64,000 nt of DNA, from the NCBI GenBank assembly GCA_050613775.1, contig JBODTK010000102.1, positions 186,001-250,000 on the forward strand. The letters run 5' to 3'. Numbering within the stretch: the first letter of the stretch is position 1; the number at the start of each line of letters is the position of its first letter. This document shows, in pieces, positions 55,700 through 64,000 of this stretch. The DNA comes from Neocallimastix sp. 'constans' (lineage: Eukaryota). The translations under genes were made by a program, and so were the position numbers. A model generated the notes under the pieces. The model did not search any database and had not been told where the DNA came from. It was given only the letters and a program-made list of their open reading frames with translations.

Positions 55700-58000
55700 G
55701 TTAAATGTGTATTTGTGGCATCATTTATATTTTTGTTAATGAGGATTTTTCTCCCCTGATTTCCGAACTAGGAATAAAATATTGGAATTCTTTTGAAATA
55801 TATATAGTAATTTTCAAGTTACCAATGTGATATTTAAAAATTCAGCAAATCAAGATAAAATATCTTTATTTGATAAAAGATTTAAGATTTTATAGGCTGA
55901 AGAGAAAGAGTGGTATCTAAGGAAAATTACTGGTAGGGAATTTTTAGCAAATTTATTACAAAAAGATTTTGGTCAAAATATTAAAATATGTATAATCCAC
56001 ATTATTTTTATTTAATTCTTTTGTATGGAAAATTTCTAAGTTTAGAATGTGAAGAAATTGGACATTTTGACTTAATGTTTAATTGTAATAATTTGTTTTT
56101 CAAATTGTTAATGATGTAATGGCCTAAACGTCTATACCATTAATTGATTCTATAAATCTTTGATAAAAGTGATGGATGCATAAAGGTCATTTTAGAGGTG
56201 GATATTTTATTAAAATTTAATCCTTTATTTGACATTTATTTATTGAAAACATTTTAATTCTTTGGATAAATGTTGACAATTCTTTTATTAATTTGGTTAC
56301 ATATAGTGCTCTACATTTTGTTATTATGATTAAGAAACATAATTTTATAAGCTGTGTTACCACAATGATATTTTGAGTGAATTATATATATAATAAGCAT
56401 TTTTTAAAGTGATTAATTGTTATATATAAAACTTGTGAGGTGTTCATAAATTGTTGAAGAAATTAGCTTTCCATTTGGAAAAGCAATATTTTAATTAATA
56501 GTTTGAATATTAGAAAGAGGTTTAATAATATGTATTTAAACCAAGGAATTGAGGATCCAAATTAAAATATTATATCTTTCTGCATTTATATTTTCATTAT
56601 TTGAGATTTTTATGATTTTGTTATAATGCATTCCAGAAAAATGTCTTCACTTGAATTAAATCCCTTAAAAGAAAAATTAAAGTTAGTTACCTTTTCAATT
56701 AAGTTTATTTGTTGGTAGCCATTTTTGTATTTATTATCTTTATGGTAATTTTTATTTACAATTTTATTCTGTTTCTTTTTCCTTTTTATTAGTCCTTTGT
56801 TTTTACTAGATCTGTGTCTAATATTTTTCCAACACTCCACAGAATAATGTCCAAATTTTCCACAACAATAGTACTTTCCATTTTTATACTTATAATATTT
56901 AATATACTATTAAATACTTAATTTTTGAAGAGTTTTGATACTCCTAATTAAAGTGATTTGTTAAACTTAATTTTAACATTAATACAACTTTCATATTTTT
57001 TTATTATTTTAGAATAACAATTTATATATATTAAATGTTTTTGTTAATTTTATCATTTAAGAATTAATATGTCATCAAAGAAGAAGTTTCTTTTAAATTT
57101 TAAAAAAACATTTTTTCAAAAAAATTTTTATAAATAATATATCTATGGAAATTGCACATATATTTAAAATTTACTTTTGCTAAAAATAATTTTTAATATA
57201 ATGATTTTTTATTATCATCAAGGTTTCACGTAATATATTAGGTTGTTCCGGAATCAAAAGTTCAAGAAAAAGTTTTTAATTTTTTGATTATTATTTTTAT
57301 TATAATTTTCATTTTTATTAATTGGAACTTTTGTAAATTATCCCTTTTTATTAAATGGTAATATTGATATGTTATTTGATTCAATAAAAGATTCATTATA
57401 AAATGCGAAAAAATATTTCATGTGTTTATCTTTTTATAATTTAGATAGTTATATAAAAATACTTTTTTATTATCATTTTTGTTATATTTTTTTTGATTAG
57501 CATTTTTATTTTTGTATTCCTAAAAATAATTTGATATTTTAAACTTTCTATTGTATTTTTATCTTTTCTTTAAAATTATTTCGTTAATTTTTATTTTTAA
57601 AATTTTTTTGATATATCAATAATTATTAAAATGTTTGATCTATTAAAATTTGATTTAATATTATTTTCAAAATTTTTATAATAATTTAAATATATATAAT
57701 GACATTTCCAATTGAATATTTATTTTATATATATAAGTCCAGTGTTGCTAGATTGCAATAAAAATTCCAATTGTATTTTTTAAAAGTATTTCAGTAAATT
57801 TAAATAATTTTTGATTTGTCCTATTTAACAAAACAGCAAATATATCAAAATTCTCTTTAAATTTAATTGAATTCTATCACTTAGCCAAATCATCAAATAT
57901 AATATTATAGAAATAATTAATTTATTCTTTTTTTAATGGAGATTCTAATATATTTATTTTTTTTGTATAGTTTTTTGCAATTTTTTTCCTTTAAGTAAAA
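55700..58000 (-). mobile_element. Decayed Ty1/copia gag-pol remnant
   Basis: Minus strand: zinc knuckle YCCGKFGHYSVECW (~56830-56875), protease-like IWILNS (~56550), pre-integrase WYRRLGHY and KCPI (~56060-56140), YKILNL (~55880). Boundaries are approximate. Confidence 0.7.
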
Positions 58001-58697
58001 AATAGTATTCTTGCACTATAATTTGAAATTAGTGTTATGTACAATTTTTCTTGTATCATTTTTTTTGTTATTGTTTTTTTAATTTTATTTTTAAATTTAT
58101 TTTCTCTTTTATTTTTTTTTTAGTTTTATAAAATATTATTTTATTTTTAACTATATTTAATTAAAATAATAAAATATTATTAATATTTATTTAATTAATA
58201 AATTATTAAATATTTTCTAATATATATTGCAAATTCTACTTTGAAGTAATTAAGAGCACTGGAAATTTTTAACCTTTTTTTTTTTTACAAAATAATAAAT
58301 TTTTAATAAGTTAATTAATTTATAATTTCTCATTTTAAATTATGTTTACATGAATTTTAAATATATAATATAATCTACTTAAAATACATTTTTATATGTA
58401 TATTTATTTAATTTTGCTCTTTTCTATTTATTAATAAAAACCTTATCTAATAAACAAATATAAATTAAATTATTTTAATTATTTTGTAATAAAATTTTTA
58501 CAACATTAAATTTAATTTCTTACATATACTATTATTATATTTTTACATAATAAAGAGATTCTTATTTTAAATTATATGAAACTTTTAAAATATTTATATT
58601 TTAAAGGTTAAAAAAAATTTTTTTTATTCTTAAAGAAAATTTAATATAATATAAATATAACATAAAGATCATTCAGTATTAAATATCAAAAATAAAA

Positions 58698-59453
58698 ATG
58701 AAATTATTTAAAAGTTTATCTTTAATTATTTACTTATCTTTGGAAGTATTATTGAAGTATACTTTTGCTTTACCATTATCAATTATTGTGCCAGTATACA
58801 ATTCAGGTCCTTTCCTGGATAGATGTATAAAATCAATTTTAAATCAAACTTTCAAGGATTATGAATTAGTTTTTGTTGATGATGCCTCAACAGATAATTC
58901 ATTAGATATATTAAAGAAATACAAAGAAACTGATAATCGAATTAAAATAATTCATCTAGAAATAAATAAAGGACCCGGTGGAGCAAGAAATATAGGAATG
59001 GACAATATAGAAGGAGAATTTATAGGATTTGTTGATAGCGATGATTATATTGATAAATCATTTTTCGAAGAATTAATGAATAATTCATATGATAATGATA
59101 TTGTAATAGGTCATATAGCTAAAGGAACAAATATTTCTGATAATTATATAATAGACGAATCGACTACTTGGGCAATTTATGATAAAATTTGGAGAAAAAC
59201 ATTTATAAAAAATAATAATATAAGATTTAATGAAAAAATGAGACATGGTGGAGACGACATAGAATTTAATGAAGTAGCTTATAAATTTAATCCTAAAATT
59301 TTAAAATTACCAGACAAAGGAATTTATTATTATTATAAAAGAAGAACTGGTTCTGTTATGAATTATTCTAAAAAAATATTAAGAAAAATTGAAAGAAAAG
59401 CTAAAAAGAATTTAAGAAAACAGAGAAGAATTAATAGAAATAAAAATTTTTAA
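58698..59453 (+). CDS. Glycosyltransferase family 2 with signal peptide (paralogue of 34734-35519)
   Basis: Leader ending YTFA|LP. LSIIVPVYN, VFVDDASTD, GPGGARNIG...GEFIGFVDSDD, GIYYYYKRRTGS. Intronless, with a basic tail. Confidence 0.92.
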   Translation: MKLFKSLSLIIYLSLEVLLKYTFALPLSIIVPVYNSGPFLDRCIKSILNQTFKDYELVFVDDASTDNSLDILKKYKETDNRIKIIHLEINKGPGGARNIGMDNIEGEFIGFVDSDDYIDKSFFEELMNNSYDNDIVIGHIAKGTNISDNYIIDESTTWAIYDKIWRKTFIKNNNIRFNEKMRHGGDDIEFNEVAYKFNPKILKLPDKGIYYYYKRRTGSVMNYSKKILRKIERKAKKNLRKQRRINRNKNF

Positions 59454-59749
59454 AATAATATTACTTTTTAGATTTATAATATATAAATAAAAATTATATA
59501 TTATATTTTTATAATTTAATTTTAGAATTATTTATAATATAAAATTTGTTTACAATTATTAATAACAATAATAATTTTAAATACATTTAAATAAAAATTT
59601 GTATTTAGAAGGGGTTAAGTCTATTTAAATATTAATATATTAATTAAACACCACAAAAATAAATATATCAAAAATATTGTAATATTTAATATAAATAAAT
59701 AAAATTTATAAATTTTTTTAAAAATTATTTTTATTTGATTATTTTAACT

Positions 59750-60341
59750 AAATTTTGAAATGAGCAAAACGACGATGCAATAATTTAAGTTTATTAATTG
59801 ATTTCAAATGAATATAATTGACTACAATTGTATTATTATTTTGGTAATTGTTTTGAAAATTTAATGGTTAAGTTGAAATCCAAAATTTAAATGTGTTATA
59901 TTGGTTCGATTTAATTGATAATATTCTTTAATTGTATTTATTATAAATTAGTACATATGATTTTTTATTAGTATTATTGAAAATTATTTTGTATACTTGT
60001 TATGTAGGATTTCCAATTAATAATAAATTTTTATTTATTTTTGGTGAATAGTAAACATTAATAATGATTATTTTGTGTTTACTAATGTATGGTCTCCTTT
60101 AAATTGTGCTGATGTAACTTGATTATTAGCTAAATAAACTTTTTTCATTGCATTTTTGAATATTATTTCATTTATTTAAATCACCTATGATATTTATTGA
60201 TGCGACGGAGTCTAATATCCAGGACATCATTTCTTTTTGTTTATTGTCTTCATTATGTTTATTTATTGTGGCTAAGTTTATATCCAAATTATCTTGAGAA
60301 TTATAATCCTTGAAAAGCATCTGCATAGCTTGTAACGTACA
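59750..60341 (-). mobile_element. Ty1/copia protease/pre-integrase remnant
   Basis: Minus strand WILDSVASIN (~60200-60225), NVYYSPKINKNLL and LHRRFAHF (~59760). Cut off by the LTR at 60342. Confidence 0.75.
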
Positions 60342-60575
60342 TGTTAGAAATATAAATATAAAATTTTCTAATTAGATTAATTTAATGAGTAATATTATAT
60401 ATTATAATATATCTGGGTAAAATATATGATAGGTAATAATAATAAGCTGTATATTATGTCAACTATAAATATCACAAAAATGTATAATTTTATAAATCGA
60501 AATTATTCTTATTTTTTAATATAATAAAGATATTCTTATTTCTAAAAGATTAAGAGTCTCAGCCTACAATTGAGC
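60342..60575 (+). mobile_element. LTR (60342-60547) plus PBS (60548-60575) of the local copia family
   Basis: TGTTAGAAATATAAATA...TTCTTATTTCTAAAA, followed by gattaagagtctcagcctacaattgagc. Clearly homologous to 29815-30045. Confidence 0.85.
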
Positions 60576-60667
60576 TCAACTAATTGTTAAGGTATAATTT
60601 ATATAATTAATAAATATATTCATCTTATAAATAAATTGAACTAACACTTTCTTATTTTCAATATTCC

Positions 60668-63558
60668 TCACAATCCTGGATGACTTTTCTAGATATGGCT
60701 GGGTCTTATTCCTACAACATAAAAATGAAACATTTAATAAATTCATTATTTGGTACAAAGAAGTTTTAAACACATTCAACATTAAAATCAAAAATATTCG
60801 ATCAGATAATGGAAGGGAATTTTTTAATAATAATTTTAAAATATTCTGTCAAAATAATGGTATAATACATCAATACACTATACCATATAATCCAGCTCAA
60901 AACGGGAAAGCTGAACGATTCAACTGCATACTTATATCTTCCGCAAAAGCTCTACTAAATGAATCAAAACTTTCTCATAATTTTTGGGAATTTGCTGTCG
61001 ATACAGTAAATTATATTCACAATCGTTTACCCCATCAGGGTATAAACAATAAAGTACCATTTGAGATTCTATATAATAAACCTGTTGATTACAGCATATT
61101 TAGAGTTTTTGGATGCAGAGTATTTTTCTTTATACCAAAAGAACTACGATCCAAATTTGATAATAATTCACACCCTGGAATTTTCTTAGGATATTGCAAT
61201 AACCCATCATCTTATAAAATCCTTGATTTAACCAACAATAAAATCGTGCTATCTCGAACTGTCCAATTTTTTGAAAACGATCCTGGAAATTCAGTCTTAC
61301 TAAACTATAATTCCAATAACGAATTCAGGGTGAATGATTACTCTGTCAAAAATTTTTCAAACAATAATTATAACAATTATAATTATCAAAAATACAACAA
61401 CAACAATCACAACTATCAAAACAACTATAATAATATTAACGATTCACAATATAATAGCAATATTTTAAGAAATAAAAATAAACATAAAACTTATAAAAAA
61501 CAAAAACAAAATAAAAATGATAATCCAGAAGATAATAATAATTCAGGAAATGACAACATTACTTCAAATAATATCAACATCAATAATGAAAACAACATTA
61601 ACAATACTAGTAATAATACTTTCAATAATAACAATAAAAATAACACTAATAATAAAAGTAATATCTATATCAATGATTCATCAATCAATAATAATAAAAA
61701 ATTAAGCAACAATAATATTTGCAACACTAATACAAGAAACTATAGAAATAATGAATTTAATGACAATAATATTACCAATAATCTTAATAAAAATAATGAT
61801 AATATTCCTAATAAAAATACAACTGAAGAATCTAATATGGAAAGTACAATTAATTATGTAAATAAATTAAACAATACTAATAACAATAAAATTGAAATAT
61901 CCCACTATCAACACAATACAACAAACAATAATACAAATAAAAGAAACATTAATTATGAAGCAAAAGCATCAAGCAAAAGAATAAAATATAGTGAAAAGAA
62001 TATATCAAAATTAAATGAAGAAAACAATATATTCAGAGAACCATATAACTTTAAAGATATATTTAACCTTAAAGATAAAGAGCAATGGATGGAAGCCGTA
62101 AATGAAGAATTAAAAAATATGGAAAAGCTAAATGTTTTTCAGATTGTAAATTCAGTTCCAGAAGGATCTAACGTTATATCATCACGTTAGGTATTTAAAT
62201 ATAAAAGAGACTCCAACGGTAATATAATAAAAAGAAAAGCAAGATTAGTTGCGAAAGGTTATACGCAGCAGTATGGAATTGATTTCAAGGAAACGTTTGC
62301 TCCAACTTTAAAACAAGATACAATAAGGATTATCACAGCAATAGCTGTTCAGCATAATTTTAATATCGAACAAATAGACATTAACTCTGCATACCTTAAT
62401 GCAGATTTAAAAGAAGATATATATATGAAATCTCCCGAAGGTCATCATTCATTCAATAAATGTTTTTGGAAGCTTAAAAAGGCCCTTTATGGCTTAAAGC
62501 AAGCTGGAAAAGAATGGAACGAAAAATTGAATAATGAGCTTCTCAAATTAAATTTTAGAAGAGCTAAGAGTGAACCTTGCGTTTATATTAAGACAGATAG
62601 GAATAATAAAATAATATGCATTTTGTCGGTATACGTAGATGATATATTAATTGCGGGAACAGATCATGAAATCAAAATTGTAAAAGATTCAATAAAAAGA
62701 AAATTTAATATTAAAGATATAGGTAATGTAGAATTCGTTATAGGAATTAAATTTAATAAGATCAGAAATGGCTTTATTTTACATCAAATAAGATATATTA
62801 ACGATATATTATTCAAATATGAAATTAATAAACTTACACCATCGAAAAATTTAATACCAGTTGAAAATAATAAATTGAAATGAATAAAATTTAATGAAAC
62901 GAAATACCGAAGTGCCATTGGGAACCTATTGTATCTTGCTATTTGTACCCGACCTGATATCCTATTTGCTGTGAGCAGAGCAGCAAGAAAATCCAATAAC
63001 CCTAACTTAGAGGATTGGAATAATGTTCTTAAAATATTCAGATACTTAATGTACACAAAAAACTATGGTATAAAAATTGAAAAAGGTATTAACCTTAAGG
63101 TTTATGTAGACGCAGATTTCGCTGGAGACTCAATCACAAGAAAATCTACTTCAGGATTCCTGATGATGATGGGAAGAACGCCAACCAGTTGGTTCTCGAA
63201 ATTGCAACATTGCGTATCTACCTCAACGGCTGAAGCTGAATATTATAGTTTGAGCGAATGCGCAAAGCATTCATTATGGTATAAGAATTTATTAAACGAA
63301 CTTGGAATAAAAATTAATAATGTAAAAATTTTCGTCGACAATAAAGCAACAATATATAATAGTGAGAATCAGTCAATTAATCCCAAGTCGAAACACATTG
63401 ATATTCGGTATCATCATATTAGAGATCTTGTTAATAAAGGATTAATCAAATTGAATTACATAAACACTAAAGAAAATTTAGCCGACGGATTCACGAAATA
63501 CTTAAACATTACTTTAATGGATAAATTTAGAATTTCCCTTCTTACTAAAATTGAATAA
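60668..63558 (+). mobile_element. Ty1/copia pol (integrase-RT-RNase H), inactivated
   Basis: Integrase: ILDDFSRY, IRSDNGREF, PYNPAQNGKAER. RT: RKARLVAKGY, LKKALYGLKQA, SVYVDD. RNase H: YVDADFAG, STAEAEY, SKHIDIRYH, NLADGFTK. In-frame stops at 62188 (TAG) and 62881 (TGA). PPT-like tagggtgaa, then TG at 63714. Confidence 0.95.
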
Positions 63559-64000
63559 TATAGTGTAAAATGTGCTATCTTTTTTTTTCTTATATATAAT
63601 AAGTTTTTTTTTAGAAAGCTCTCCAAATCAAATTAAAAGTAGTATAATTTTTCAAAATCTACCTTTATTTTTTCTTTGTATTAAGTTTTTTTGAAGCTAG
63701 ATTTTAGGGTGAATGTTAAAAATATATTTTAATATAAAATTTAATCTATGATTATCCAATATTTTACAAATACAAAATACTCGAAATACTATAAAACGTG
63801 CTTAAATAATAATCCTAATTTTTTTTTTTTTTCTCTTTAACAATAAAAAACTTTAATATATATATACGATCATACATACTTAATTATATATATTTATAAT
63901 AATAAATATTAATATATAATAAAGAATATAAAACATCTTTACTTAAACATAATTATAATATTATCTTAATATTGTGTGTCTCTTAATTGTGTGTTTATTA

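Noticed and set aside
62188..62883. Programmed stop-codon readthrough in pol
   Set aside because: The TAG replaces a conserved Trp of the RT motif (RWVF), so simple inactivating mutations are more likely.

Overview
Extremely AT-rich eukaryotic DNA with short GT-AG introns. The gene content best fits an anaerobic gut fungus (Neocallimastigomycota); this is an inference. Two divergently oriented, signal-peptide-bearing, Cys-rich scaffoldin-type genes dominate the window. One is a giant ~6,333-aa ScaA-like gene (minus strand, 6600-25890, 4 exons, C-terminal Thr-rich stalk plus GPI/TM-like anchor). The other is an 11-exon ~2,409-aa unanchored relative (plus strand, 41508-51337) built from symmetric phase-1 exons. 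Around them lie three intronless bacterial-type glycosyltransferases with eukaryotic signal peptides (one GT-D/DUF1792, two GT2) and an orphan first exon of UDP-glucose dehydrogenase. Mobile DNA is abundant. It includes a Ty1/copia family with 200-bp TG...AA LTRs and a primer site complementary to the 5' half of tRNA-Lys(CUU); a 3.3-kb non-autonomous member with a perfect TSD that carries a rhamnogalacturonan lyase (PL4) pseudogene; and an internally deleted LINE with a 12-bp TSD. Also present are a decayed 28S rRNA fragment, a 69-bp minisatellite with 5-mer higher-order structure, and TTATTTA arrays. All assignments come from reading motifs by eye; no searches were run.
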